Part shown: positions 1-14,435 of the stretch, one piece after another
Position numbering within the stretch: position 1 is the first letter of the stretch
Layout: each line of letters opens with the position of its first letter
The notes under the pieces: model-generated
The model's database searches: none
What the model was told of the DNA's origin: nothing
The model's input: the letters and a program-made list of their open reading frames with translations, nothing else
Made by a program: the position numbers and the translations under genes
Assembly: GCA_964016885.1 (NCBI GenBank)
Contig: OZ024760.1
Span: forward strand, 20,088,001 to 20,152,000
Length of the DNA stretch: 64,000 bases
Direction: 5' to 3'
DNA from: Eledone cirrhosa
Taxonomy: Eukaryota

Positions 1-1257
1 ATATATATATATATATATTGTTACGTTGAGGTATTTTGATAAATGTAATATTTCTACTTCCTGTCGTAATCGTGTTATTCTTTGTGGTCTCCGATAAAAT
101 ATATGTGAGTCCCCTATGTTATGCAACTATAAAAGGCAAGCTAAACATTTTTGTGTCCACTTTAACAAAATGATAGGGACTGCGGCCCTTATTAAAGCAC
201 CTGAGAATGAGGGCGTGACTTGTTGTTATTTTATTCGAATAGGCTACTTTGCCGGTCCCGATAAAATAGACAAACATGCTTTTTAAGCATTGCCATGACA
301 GGAATTTGATAAAATATTTTTTTCTCTGTAACACTTGATTTGCATTTATGAAATCGTAAGTCTATGAATTTGTTGTTAGAGATGAAAACCATGTGTATTT
401 TTATGTAACTTAAACAAACCGGACCCTCAGATTCATCGGAAATTAACTGCGAGATTTGTTGATAATAACTACCCTGAAAAACAGTTTGATTTCGGGGTAT
501 TTACAATAAAATTGTACCTTTGCAGAGAAGATTCGTGAAACCCAGGAACTATTTATGGTCTGTGTTGACACTGTCAATCGGAAAATCCTCAAAAGGCATA
601 GAGCATCAAATTGTGAATGCTCTGAACACTTTGCTGTTTTTGTAATGCTCCAGTAACGATTTGGTGAGTGGTGTTAGATTTCCGTGATTACCTGGCACTT
701 CTTCACACACTACCTATCATACCCAGTTTCATCGGCTACAGTCGACCTTTCGTACGTTCTATCTACTAATATATACTGTCTTAATCTTCCTTGTAGCAAT
801 TAATTGGAAATAAAAAGTGGAAGAATGGTATAAAATGTAACTCTTTTATTGACCCAAAACGTACATAAATGTCTTTTATTGCTGAATTTTCATCGTTTTT
901 CTTTCTCTCTCAGGTGTCAAACGAAGTTTCGTGAAGGATAAAAGTATCTGTTAAATAAAAGATGTTAAAAAGTATATGCGAATTGTGTTCAGTTATTGTA
1001 ACATGGCTGTCAATAAAGCTTTGTCCTAAATTAGGTTAAGTTATTGGAGTTATCTCCCCTTCGAAACTATGAAAAGGTCTATGCAATTCTGAGTAGGTAA
1101 TTAGTGTTGGAGTTAGTAGAATTGCAAGGGAAGATAACTGAGTGTATTATATTGGTGTTGGAGTTATCTTCCCTTAGAAACTATTAAAGGGAGGTAAATT
1201 ATATATTAAAAGAAAGGAATTAAGTGTCATTCTCGGTCAAAGAGGTAACTAAATAAA

Positions 1258-1815
1258 GTGTCTAGAGAAACTAAGGGAGATAAGAATGTAAATGATCTAT
1301 ATTAAGAATGTAAATAGTCTATTTAAGAATGTAAATGTATCTAGAGAAACTAAGGGAGATAAGAATGTAAATGATCTATATTAAGAATGTAAATGACTAA
1401 AACTAAGAATGTAAATAGTCTATTAAAGAAATTAAGAATGTAAATGTATCTAGAGAAACTAAGGGAGATAAAGTACATGACTAAAACTAAGAATGTAAGT
1501 GTATCTAGAGAAACTAAGGGAGATAAGAAAGTAAATGACTAAAACTAAGAATGTAAATAGTCTATTAAAGAAATTAAATCTAGAGAAACTAAGGGAGATA
1601 AGAAAGTAAATGACTAAAACTAAGAATGTAAATGTATCTAGAGAAACTAAGGGAGATAAGAAAGTAAATGACTAAAACTAAGAATGTAAATGACCTATTA
1701 AAGAAATTAAGAATGTAAATAGAGAAACTAAGGGAGTAGGAAAGTGAATGACTAATGAACTAAGGGAGATAATAAGTAAATGACTAAGAATCTCCACCAT
1801 TATTAAAGAAACTAA
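1258..1815. repeat. Irregular tandem repeat built from TCTAGAGAAACTAAGGGAGATAAGAA and ACTAAGAATGTAAATG modules
   Basis: Modules recur about 8-10 times in shuffled order. Confidence 0.8.
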
Positions 1816-2226
1816 GAGAATCGTTTTGTAATAATAATTGTCTATAATGAGAATGTGACTACTCTGTTTAAAGAATCTAAATCAAGGGGAGATAATTCAT
1901 TTTTTTTTTTTTAGTAAAAACAATTCTTTAAGGTGGTCTGGGACGGGCCTTGCATTGATATGCCGGCCCAGAGAGTCCCAGGCCTTTTTAGCAATCGCAC
2001 GCCACCACGAATCGAACGTTAGTCGCATGGACTACTAGTCTGAGACGCAGCTCGCACGCCACCTCGAAGGCCGCAATTCTACTGGCAAATTAATCATATT
2101 TATAGCTACTTTGGAAGATTTTTGTTTAAAAAAAAAATACAAACGAAACGAAGGGAGGTAATTCGGATTTTTTTGGGGGGTGCATTGGTGGTATTGTGAC
2201 AATGTGGGATTCGATCTCGGGATTTT

Positions 2227-4571
2227 TTATATTGCTTCTTTCGCCCTCTGACCAGGGTGTAGCTGGCCGTACGAGGTGGGCAGGCCCTTATATTGCTTCT
2301 TTCACCTTCTGACCAGGGTGTAGCTGACCGTACGAGGTGGGCAGGCCCTTATATTGCTTCTTTCACCTTCTGACCAGGGTGTAGCTGGCCGTACAAGGTG
2401 GGCAGGCCCTTATATTGCTTCTTTCACCTTCTGACCAGGGTGTAGCTGGCCGTACAAGGTGGGCAGGCCCTTATATTGCTTCTTTCACCTTCTGACCAGG
2501 GTGTAGCTGACCGTACGGGGTGGGCAGGCCCTTATATTGCTTCTTTCACCTTCTGACCAGGGTGTAGCTGACCGTACGAGGTGGGCAGGCCCTTATATTG
2601 CTTCTTTCACCTTCTGACCAGGGTGTAGCTGACCGTACGGGGTGGGCAGGCCCTTATATTGCTTCTTTCGCCTTCTGACCAGGGTGTAGCTGGCCGTACG
2701 AGGTGGGCAGGCCCTTATATTGCTTCTTTCACCTTCTGACCAGGGTGTAGCTGGCCGTACGAGGTGGGCAGGCCCTTATATTGCTTCTTTCGCCTTCTGA
2801 CCAGGGTGTAGCTGGCCGTACGAGGTGGGCAGGCCCTTATATTGCTTCTTTCGCCCTCTGACCAGGGTGTAGCTGGCCGTACAAGGTGGGCAGGCCCTTA
2901 TATTGCTTCTTTCGCCCTCTGACCAGGGTGTAGCTGGCTGTACAAGGTGGGCAGGCCCTTATATTGCTTCTTTCACCTTCTGACCAGGGTGTAGCTGGCC
3001 GTACGAGGTGGGCAGGCCCTTATATTGCTTCTTTCGCCTTCTGACCAGGGTGTAGCTGGCCGTACGAGGTGGGCAGGCCCTTATATTGCTTCTTTCGCCC
3101 TCTGACCAGGGTGTAGCTGGCCGTACAAGGTGGGCAGGCCCTTATATTGCTTCTTTCGCCCTCTGACCAGGGTGTAGCTGGCCGTACAAGGTGGGCAGGC
3201 CCTTATATTGCTTCTTTCGCCCTCTGACCAGGGTGTAGCTGGCTGTACAAGGTGGGCAGGCCCTTATATTGCTTCTTTCACCTTCTGACCAGGGTGTAGC
3301 TGGCCGTACAAGGTGGGCAGGCCCTTATATTGCTTCTTTCACCTTCTGACCAGGGTGTAGCTGGCCGTACAAGGTGGGCAGGCCCTTATATTGCTTCTTT
3401 CACCTTCTGACCAGGGTGTAGCTGGCCGTACGAGGTGGGCAGGCCCTTATATTGCTTCTTTCGCCCTCTGACCAGGGTGTAGCTGGCCGTACAAGGTGGG
3501 CAGGCCCTTATATTGCTTCTTTCACCTTCTGACCAGGGTGTAGCTGGCCGTACGAGGTGGGCAGGCCCTTATATTGCTTCTTTCGCCCTCTGACCAGGGT
3601 GTACGAGGTGGGCAGGCCCTTATATTGCTTCTTTCACCTTCTGACCAGGGTGTAGCTGGCTGTACGAGGTGGGCAGGCCCTTATATTGCTTCTTTCACCT
3701 TCTGACCAGGGTGTAGCTGGCCGTACGAGGTGGGCAGGCCCTTATATTGCTTCTTTCGCCCTCTGACCAGGGTGTACGAGGTGGGCAGGCCCTTATATTG
3801 CTTCTTTCACCTTCTGACCAGGGTGTAGCTGGCTGTACGAGGTGGGCAGGCCCTTATATTGCTTCTTTCACCTTCTGACCAGGGTGTAGCTGGCCGTACG
3901 AGGTGGGCAGGCCCTTATATTGCTTCTTTCACCTTCTGACCAGGGTGTAGCTGGCCGTACGAGGTGGGCAGGCCCTTATATTGCTTCTTTAACCTTCTGA
4001 CCAGGGTGTAGCTGGCCGTACGAGGTGGGCAGGCCCTTATATTGCTTCTTTCACCTTCTGACCAGGGTGTAGCTGGCCGTACAAGGTGGGCAGGCCCTTA
4101 TATTGCTTCTTTCACCTTCTGACCAGGGTGTAGCTGGTCGTACAAGGTGGGCAGGCCCTTATATTGCTTCTTTCACCTTCTGACCAGGGTGTAGCTGGCC
4201 GTACGAGGTGGGCAGGCCCTTATATTGCTTCTTTCGCCTTCTGACCAGGGTGTAGCTGGCCGTACGAGGTGGGCAGGCCCTTATATTGCTTCTTTCGCCT
4301 TCTGACCAGGGTGTAGCTGGCCGTACGAGGTGGGCAGGCCCTTATATTGCTTCTTTCGCCCTCTGACCAGAGTGTAGCTGGCACATACCCAGAAACTGCT
4401 TCTTTCACCCTCTGATTAGCTGGCCGTACGAGATGGACAGGCCCTTATATTGCTTCTTTCACCCTCTGACCAGGGTGTAGCTGGCACATACCCAGAAACT
4501 GCTTCTTTCACCCTCTGATTAGCTGGCCGTACGAGGTGGGCAGGCCCTTATATTGCTTCTTTCACCCTCTG
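2227..4571. repeat. 61-bp GC-rich minisatellite, ~38 copies
   Basis: Unit TATTGCTTCTTTCACCTTCTGACCAGGGTGTAGCTGGCCGTACGAGGTGGGCAGGCCCTTA with few variant positions. Confidence 0.97.
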
Positions 4572-5113
4572 GCCATGGGAGATCCTACGACGAATACCCT
4601 TATTTAACAAGCTCTTCACCATAGATGCCATGAGAAGTGCATACTCTAAAACTGCTTATTCCACCCTCTACCCAGGCATTTTACAGTGTAGTTTGCCAGT
4701 TCAATATCACTTTGAGGTGTTCAAAGTGAATTTTGTGTTCCTTCTGGAAGGAGGTTGGGGATGAAAGACTACCAAGAGAAGCAAGAATGGAGGCATGGAC
4801 TCCTTTCTAACCAAATATTCCCATACGTGTCATAAAAATCTTCACACTAACAACTTTCTAGTGACATCTCTATTCCGAACAAATTACTTCCATTCATTTC
4901 GTTTACATGTTTTTTTTTTTTTACTCAATATAAATAAGGATTGCTTACCTTGATGTAGATGCTAATCCATAGTGTATATATATAGGGATGAACTGGTTCT
5001 GATTTTTGGCTTCAGTGAAAGAGATGGGCACTGCCAACCATTTCTAAGGACAACACAGCAAAATATATACAGTGGCATACAAGCTATATATGTGATTAAT
5101 GTAGTTTCACGTG

Positions 5114-5715
5114 TACGAGGTGTGTCAGAAAAGTTCCAGGACTGATGTCGCAAAAGATTTATTTCAAACCCAAACTTCACACTAAGAGTTTTCTCTTTCA
5201 AAGTAATCCCATGGAGTCTAATGCACTTTTCTGCCACGCCTGCATGCACTCCTGGAAGCATTCTTCCGGGATCCTCCGCAGTTCTGTCGTCACAGCCTTT
5301 TTGATGTCAACCATTACTCGAAGATCCATGACTCATTCACCAGTGATGACTGTCCATAGCAAGTCTGGTTCGGTTTCAAGACGCTCAAGGATCTCCTGGC
5401 ACACTTGCATGCATCGACCTTTCTGGTCATCGTTCAGCAGTTTTGGCACCATCTTCGCGCAGACTTTCACATGTCCAAATTCATGCCAAGCTCATTTGCC
5501 ATCAGTCAAACAGCTTCCTGACACGCTCAACGTTGACCTCAGTCCTGGTTGTTGAGGGCCTTCCACTCCTGGGGCCATCTTGCACCACTCAAAAACACGT
5601 GAGCGTGACATCTTTTCATCTCCATACACTTGCTGCAGCAATCCCACTGCTTCTGACGGAGTTTTCCCCAATCATACCAGAAACTTCAAGTTTGTTCATT
5701 GCTTGACCTGAAACA
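5114..5715 (-). mobile_element. Internally deleted mariner/Tc1 transposon relic
   Basis: TA + CGAGGTGTGTCAGAAAAGTTCC TIR-like end. Minus strand encodes KCI...DYFE (mariner C-terminus) and SGRPSTTRTEVNVERVRKL. Confidence 0.75.
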
Positions 5716-5739
5716 GATTTTAGACATTTCTTTATGCTT

Positions 5740-6240
5740 GTTCTTCACAATCTCATCCCATGTCTTCCACAGGTCCCAGCAACTGGGGTTTTTATGCAGC
5801 TGTTATCTTCCATGTGCATCACATATCCATACCAATGCAGTCTTCTACATCCAGTTCCAAGGTTTTCTCTTATCTTGCATCCATTGAAGCATACTCGACA
5901 CATTTGTGTCTAGCCTATGCAGCCAAGGCCCACATTTCAATGCTATGTAACTTTGTAGTTCGCACAAAGGCGTCATACAGTCTCCCCTTGACTCTAATAA
6001 AAAAGCATTTCAGCAGCAGTAATACATCCCTAAACTACTTCAAGCCTGTTCTTATTCTAGCTATCACACTTATGGTGCATCCTCCCCAATGTTAATTTGT
6101 TCACCTACATAGCGAAAGTTGTAAATAACTTCTATGGAGCACCCCTCTGGTGCACCTGCCACAGATAAAGTCTATATTTTCCGTTCACGACTACACCTCT
6201 TATGGAATTTAGGACACTTTCCTGATGATATTACCTTTCA
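5740..6240 (-). mobile_element. RTE-clade LINE RT C-terminal fragment
   Basis: Minus-strand remnants EVIYNFRYVG and RRLHWYGYVMHME. Confidence 0.6.
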
Positions 6241-6499
6241 GTCTTTGTTAAATTTACTTTTAGGCCTTTCTTCTTCCATCAAACAGATTCAGCTACGAGG
6301 AATAGGCCATCAGCATGTAACTCCTCGTAATGGCGATGTAATTGATGGAACAAATTTTGCATTTGGTGGAGTGAATAGAAACTGTCTTGATAAACCATAA
6401 AATGGCAGCAGTAAAAATCCATACATGAGACTGTCTTCCTAGTATTATCATTTTAATATTTTTCAGGGATTTTAAAGTGGTATCCATCTTCTCCATTCA

Positions 6500-6866
6500 C
6501 ATAAAGGGTATTGGAGAGCATCATATCAACAATGTGTTTCATTTATTCTCTCCCAATCATATCATGATTGGGGAGCCTCTGGTTTCTTCTAAATCACAGC
6601 AAATCACTCCTGATCATGCTGGCATCAATAAAGCAGAATTTGATCATATGCTGGAACTAGGCATTGTTCATCCATCCAGTAGTAGTTTGTCTTCGCCCCT
6701 TCACATGGTTCCCAAGAAATCTGCAGGTGACCGGGTGCAGACTATCAGTTTCTTAACACACCTACAAAACCCGATAAGTAGACTGTGCCTCACATACAGG
6801 ACTTCTCTTCTACCCTACATGAAGTTCATCTTTTCAAAAATTGACCTCATGCAGGCATTTTTCTGA
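6500..6866 (+). mobile_element. Ty3/Gypsy reverse transcriptase N-terminal fragment
   Basis: KAEFDHMLELGIVHPSSSSLSSPLHMVPKK...IFSKIDL, frameshifted. Confidence 0.85.
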
Positions 6867-9289
6867 GACATTGCTTTGACGAACAAGGATTCTACTCCAG
6901 TTTAAATGTAAGTGGGAAAATTTTCCCAAGGTTACAACCACCAGACACTAACATATGACCTCGGAGACAATATTCCAAATGTTAGATAATTCTATGTAAC
7001 AAACAATGATTATAAAAGATAGTTGTCATTCTGGCTGAGGTCAGCAGACAACATTTTCACCTTTTACCTCCAGCAACTCAGCTGCTGTTGGATTATGCTC
7101 TCATAGACAAACAATAGTTTTGACTAAGACTTACATTTCTTCACCAGATATAGAAGTGACTACTCCAACAGAGACACACTGAACAATTTTATTATATTGA
7201 ACATTAGGGATTGTATCTTTTGAGATGTGGAATAGAGCTATTTATTAAAATAGAATTTTGGTACCTGTCATGTACATATTTTCTTTGAATTTACCACAAA
7301 TAGACTTTGCTATATATATATATAGATTTATTATGTATATATATAGACAGCTTTATTATGTATGTGTATATATATATAGTGTTATTATGTATATGATGAT
7401 GGCGGCAACTGGATTTCGAGTAGTGCCATCACTTGATTCTTAAGCATGGACATGGTCTTTTAGTCCTACTAGGGACTTGCTTATGACCAGCAATACCATG
7501 CATTGCAAAATATGTCACATATATATATGTGATTATGAACATTTATATATACTTGTTGATATGTGTATTATATAGCAACAGTGATTAAGTCTTTAAAAAC
7601 CAATATATCAACAATGGTGAGGTATTACTTCAGTTGTTACAATAATTTGCTGCCCCAATCTACCATTTCAGGGTCGATAATTACAAAGTACTTATGATCA
7701 GAAATGTATGTCTTAGGTACTTACTTATGACCTACAATTATCATAGTTGTTAAAGTGCCGGCGATCTATTAAATATACAACTATTACATCGTTAATTATT
7801 AATATTTCACACCAACCAATCAATACTAGCTATGATGCTGAAACAATTCAACAATATGATAATTATTATTGTTTATAGCAGATTAAAGTTGAAGTAAAAC
7901 AATGGGGCCGATTTAATCTAAAATGGTTGGCTTTGTACCTAAATCTCCCAGATTTAGTTATGCAAAATTTCAGCTTCTATTTTCTTCATATTATGACCTG
8001 GAATGTAGCACAAATGAATAAAAACCCAGTCAATGATACCACACTGCTAATAATGATATATAAAACATTTTTTAAACCCTTTTCAATACCAAAAACTGGC
8101 AACGAATTGCTAAAGTCATTAGGGATTCAGATTAAATGCCTTGGTATAGCTTGTGTTAACCTATAAACATAGTTTGTTGCACTATTATATAGGTCTTGTT
8201 CCAGTACATCCGGACTAAATTAGATGAAGGAGTGCAGTGACAATCATCACCTCATACTTCACACCAATCCTGAAACTAATTATAACATACTTGCTCCTTA
8301 ACATAATATTGTTTTCTTATTTAGAAACAACAACAATCTTTAGGAGGGGAAAGTCGATTAAATCAACCCCAGTGTGTTACTGGTACTTTATTATATTGAC
8401 CCCGTAACGATGAACGGTAAAGTTAACCTGAACAGGATTTGAACTCAGAAAATGACGAAAGATGAGGGCAATAACAATCAAGATTGGATTTAGACCTACG
8501 GGGGCCCCTCATACAAAATAAATTAGAATACACAGTAAACACCCCCCCCCCCCCCCCAATTTTACACATCAAACCTTGGTGCAAGTAATTGGAATTGAAA
8601 AATTAAACATAAAAGTATTAAATTAAAACATTCTAACCATCCTAACACTAAAAAAGCCCAGCTGGGGGCAACAATAAATTACTACTGCCATCGCTGATAG
8701 GGCCCCTATTAAATCCAGTCCTGGCAGAGAGGATGAGTATGGATGGTGGGAGGAGGAGGTGATTATGAGCGGGTTTAAGTACAGAAGTACACTTAAAACA
8801 ACAGTAATAATAATTGTTTCTGCTTTTGACACAAAGCCAGCAATTATCCCAGTGCATTACTGGTACTTTATTTTATCGACCCCGTAAGGATGAAAGATAA
8901 AGCTAACTTCGGCGGGTTTTTAACTCAGAGCGTAAAGGGCCGTAACTCTGTGCTGCAAAGCATGGCGTCAGACGCTCTGCTAATAATAATACATTCGTTC
9001 ATTTATCGTCTGCAGCATGTGGTAATCCTGAAACACAACCCACATCAAATAAAGAGAACATATATTATCGTTGTTTATATAATAAGGCCGTTTAGTTAAT
9101 TTAATACTTCATTAAATGATATTATATATAATGTATGTAGACGTGTGTGTGTGAATGTATATATAATGTATGTAGACGTGTGTGTGTGTGTTTGTGAATT
9201 AACGTATGTATGTGTATAGTTCAAAAAAGACAAATACAGATACAATAACAAATAGCCATTATTAATTTCACGCTTAAAACAGAAAGACA

Positions 9290-9650
9290 CTCACACACAT
9301 ATATATATATATATATATAAAAACACATATATATGTATACACACACGTATATATATATGTGTACACACATATATATATGTACACACACATATATATATAT
9401 GTACACACACATATATATATGTACACACACATATATATATATGTACACACACATATATATATGTACACACACATATATATATATGTACACACACATATAT
9501 ATATGTACACACACATATATATATATGTACACACACATATATATATATGTACACACACATATATATATATATGTACACACACATATATATATATGTACAC
9601 ACACGTATATATATCGAGAGAGAGAGAGAGAGAGAGATATATATACACAG
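9290..9650. repeat. (TA)n-GTAC-(AC)n compound microsatellite
   Basis: Repeating ATATATATGTACACACAC. Confidence 0.95.
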
Positions 9651-9803
9651 AGGGAGTGAGAAAGAGATATAAAGGAACATTCAACCCCCCAATAATTATC
9701 TGGTACATATTTATTCAACCCCAGAAAGATGAAAGGCAAAGTTGACCTCGGTGCAATTAAACAGAGCTGGCACGAATTATATTCGTTCTTTCAATTCGCC
9801 ACC

Positions 9804-9834
<31 letters not shown>

Positions 9835-10854
9835 GTATATACTCTCACGCCCTACATAATAGGGGATAGGCGGGGGGTGAGGTTGTCTCAGTTATTCAAT
9901 CAACGAGACAGAACTTGTTCATGAAATTAACGTGCCTGAGCATTCTTCTCCACAGACACGTGTGGCAAAGTTGACGATTTCAATTAAAAGTACAACTAAT
10001 ATATATTTTATTCACAGTTGTATAAATAACATTACAAATACGTAAATACAGACCTGCCAACCTCTAAAACCATGAAAAAAAAGGGATAAATGAGGCAAAA
10101 TGGGGGTGATTTTGCATAATTTTTTTTACTTTTGGCACAAGGCCGGCAAATTACCCAGTGTATTACTGGTACTTTATTTTATCGACCCCCGTAAGGATGA
10201 AAGGCAAAGTTAACCTCGGCGGGATTTGAACTCAGACTGTAAACGGACGTAACTCTATGCTAGATAGCATGGCGTCCAACCCTCTACCGATACTGCCAAA
10301 AAGTTATATGCATTTGAACGAGAGATGTCCCTGTCAGACGGGGACAGTTGACAGGTCTAGTAAATAAATTAAGAAGACTCACATGTATGTATATATATAT
10401 ATATATATAAACACACAAATGCGTAAATAAATGAGGGAGGGTGGACTAGAGCGACATGAAACAAAGTGTCTTTCTCAAGGACCAACAACACCCCTCCGGG
10501 AAGCGAACTCTCAGCCTTAATATCTTGAGTGGAACACCACTTAACCACCTGTCATCACACCAGTAGCTGTTACAACAACCACTCCAACACTATCAGCAAT
10601 AGACAAACAATGTCGACATTGTTGTCTAAAAGTGTGAATCGCCCACGACCACAATGATGGAGTCAAACCTCCTCTGGTCATAACAATGCTCCATATACTT
10701 CTCCCTTGGATATTTCTATTTGTTTTTTATTCTGTTATCTTATTTCCTCACAGTTATCTCAATGTCCCCAAACTCATCACTTATCATCGTTATGCACATT
10801 AAATTTCAAGAGCTTTCGACCTTCCTGACTTCCTCTGCTCCGACATTACTAAGT

Positions 10855-12390
10855 CTATATTATAATAAAATGCAAAATATTATTCCTTAATCCATGGTAA
10901 ATATTTATTACGAGGACGCGTAAAAATGGAATTTTAAAAAAGGCGGGCCGAATAAATAACAATAATTTATAAAAATAGAAAGAGGAAAAGTCTAAAAGTT
11001 TGGCTGGGCGGAATATCTTAGCTTTGTCAATATTGGAGAAGACAAGATGGCAGAAGCATTGCTGTGAAGAACAGCAGACGATATGTTATAATAAAGGGCA
11101 AAAAATATCCCTTAATCTGAAAACAAATTTTAAAAACAAATTTTGAAAACAAATTTTAAAAAAGGTCGGGTAGATGAATAAATAAAAATAATAGGTTGAA
11201 ATGGGAAAACTCTGCCACTTTGGCTGGACGGAATATCTTAGCTTTGTCAATATTGGACAAGACAAGATGGCAGAAGCATTGCTGTGAAGAACAGCAGACG
11301 ATATGTGTTATAATAAAGGGCAAAAAATATCCCTTAATCTATTGTAAATATTTAAAAAGGGTAGAGTGAAAACAAATTTTAAAAAAGGTCGGGTTGATGA
11401 ATAAATAAAAATAATAGGTTGAAATGGGAAAACTCTGCCACTTTGGCTGGACGGAATATCTTAGCTTTGTCAATATTGGACAAGACAAGATGGCAGAAGC
11501 ATTGCTGTGAAGAACAGCAGACGATATGTGTTATAATAAAGGGCAAAAAATATCCCTTAATCTATTGTAAATATTTAAAAAGGGTAGAGTGAAAACAAAT
11601 TTTTAAAAAGGTCGGGTTGATGAATAAATAAAAATAATAGGTTGAAATGGAGATGGGAAAACTCTGCCACTTTGGCTGGACGGAATATCTTAGCTTTGCC
11701 AATATTGGAGAAGACAAGATGGCAGAAGCATTGCTGTGAAGAACAGCAAACGATATGTTATAATAAAGGGCAAAAAATATACTCCATTGTAAATATTTAC
11801 AAATAGGAGTGAAAATAGATTTTTTTTTTTAATGAGGGGCCGGTCCAGAATAAATAATATGTAGAAATGGAGCAGAATATCTTAGCTTTGTCAATATTGG
11901 AAAAGACAAGATGGCAGAAGATTGCTGTGAAGAACAGCCAGTGATATATGCTATAATAAAGTACTAAAAATATATTCCTTAATCCTTTGTAAATATTTAA
12001 AGAGGACGAGTGAAAACAGATTTATTAAGGGGTGGGGGCAGAATAAATAAAAATAACAGGTAGAAATGAAGAGGAAAAAATTTGGCTGGGCGATATATCT
12101 TAGCTTTGCCAATATTGGAAAGACAAGATAGCAGAAGCATTACTGCGAAGAATAGCAGACGATATGTGCTATAATAAAGTGTAAAAATATATATTCAGTA
12201 TTCCACTGTAAATATTTACAAAGAGTGAAAATAGATTTTCAAAAAAGAAGGATGGGATGAATAAATAAAAATAACTGGTAGAAATGGAGAGAGGAAAACT
12301 ATGCCACTTTGGCTGGGCGGAATATCTTAGCTTTGCCAATATTGGACAAGACAAGATGGCGGAAGCGTTGCTGTGAAGAACATCCAGCAA
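10855..12390. repeat. ~190-235-bp degenerate tandem repeat, ~7 copies
   Basis: Conserved core GGAATATCTTAGCTTTGTCAATATTGGA.AAGACAAGATGGCAGAAGCATTGCTGTGAAGAACAGC. Confidence 0.9.
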
Positions 12391-13170
12391 TATATATTGC
12401 ATTGGCCATTCCATATCACGGACCTCCTTCCTCGGGAAAGATGACCTTTTGGTGAGTGTGGTGGGTAGGGAACGAAAACGACAGTCCAGGGACTGAGGAC
12501 ACCGGAGTCCTAGATAGAAACAGACAGAGATACACAGAAAATAAATGCGACTGTCAGTCAATGCCTCTTCATTACGTTTGAGGGGTGGACAATGTCGATG
12601 GCACCTGGGTTTGTGACCGAAGCGATAGGGGTTGGAACTGGGGAAACGAGTCGTAACATGTGTCGTCTCAGATGAGTGACTTACCTAACACGAACGTGAA
12701 GGAAAAAAAAAGGTTTCCATCTTGGTACCTCGCGTCAATAGGGAGGTCGACGGCGACAGGCTGAAATTGTGACACAAGACCAGCCATGTCCAGTTTCGTT
12801 CTCATTGCGTCATTGAAGGTGGCGTACAAAGGGAGATAACTTGCAATGTCGTGAGAGGAGAGCGTCTTCGTCAATAGATCAACAACATTTGTGAGGCACA
12901 AAAAAGGAGGCCAGGGTGCAGGGATATCCCTCTGGGGCTGTATTCTTCATCTAGAAGAAAATCGGTTGATGAGGAAGGCACTAAACTGAACATTGCGCCG
13001 ATGTGAGGCAGACGAGCCAGTGAAGGAGGGGGAGATTGATGGACGTCTCTATCCTATTGCAGGTCCAACTGCATTTCATGTCATCCCAGTTGCCTTACAC
13101 TGGTAACCTACATAATGAGGGGCAGAGGGGACATCACCAACCCTGACGGCCAGAATTAACTCGAATTCCA
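12390..13170 (-). mobile_element. Possible decayed retroelement gag/ORF1-like fragment
   Basis: GC-richer island with broken minus-strand ORFs and an RFGHK knuckle-like remnant; family not identified. Confidence 0.3.
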
Positions 13171-14435
13171 GGCCTACGTTAGGTTATGATATTTTTAAAA
13201 AAAATTAATGAGTGCTCGACTACAAATGGGGGAAAGATAGGCTGGCAGTGCCAAGGCAAATGTCAAACATGCTAAAATAATATAAAATTATGGCTTGAAT
13301 AATCCTAATAAATTAGTTCATAATTCTGCATCATAAATACTATGTTACTAATTTCTTTTCTCTATCCACGAGCCTTTAATTCCTTGCGGAGTTTCAGAGG
13401 GGCGGTCGTTATACATGCCGTGTTTCTTTGGTCATTTAAACCTGACAGATGCCATTGCACTCTAGGTCAGAACAAAACCGATGTCTTCCAAAGAAATGGA
13501 AAGAGGGGGGGGGTAGATCCATTATACCGATATTGTGTTGATAGACTTGGTCTGAACACAGCAGATTTGTTACAGAAAAGGATCAAGAGTTACTCGTCAA
13601 TACACACATACACATAAATACATACATCATTAGGACACCATCGCGAGTTACGCATTCATCTACACATACATACATTACTACAGCATCAGGAGTTAGTGTT
13701 CATCCACACATTAATAAAATACATATATACGCATAAACACATACATCGAGTAGTAGTAAACCTCGAACTGTTAGTCTATTTACGTAATGAAACTATATAT
13801 TTAAAGAACTTCTTTTCTTCTTCAATCTAATACAGACTATTAAACTTTTTTTTTTTTACAAATTATCAACATTGAATGAATACATAGTACGTTCCTTTCA
13901 TTTATATTCGCTGTTTACTGGTTTGTTTCCTAGAGTTATTGTGAAACAAATACAATGAACGATTCAAGAATGTTGAAATGACTTTACAAAGATTGACATA
14001 TCAGTCACATCTGGTACGTGTGGTAAATTCACCAGTGAATGTGCAGAACGAACAGATGAACAGAGCCAAGTGTTGTGAAGAGTTTCAACGATTTCATTGT
14101 AAAACTCTGCTTGAATTATACGTGAATGAATATAAAACCCTTTGAAGAAAAGGAATTGTGTTGTTAGCTACAGTGTCCGGCTTACGATCGCGAGGTTGTG
14201 GGTTCGATTTGGTGTTGGTCGTGCAAAAGTCAGTCTGGCAAAATGGGGACGTTGTGTGTGACTGCGGCATCAAACCACAGACTACGTAGCACCACCTGAT
14301 ATGTCCCCTGCACAGCATTGGGGACTTGGCAGAGTTTAATGAGGAAGGACAGCAATGTGTTCAGCTGTGGCAGCACCACATTTAGCCAAACTTTGTAACT
14401 GATACTCACTCTTGTGGATATGATAAGAAGAAATG

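Noticed and set aside
119-800. Short ORFs and a protein-like stretch (NKPDPQIHRKLTARFVD...)
   Set aside because: Interrupted by stops, with no recognisable motif or splice structure.
2227-4571. CRISPR-like regular array (also 10855-12390, 14436-15145)
   Set aside because: No unique spacers (the linkers are homologous), no cas genes, eukaryotic context.
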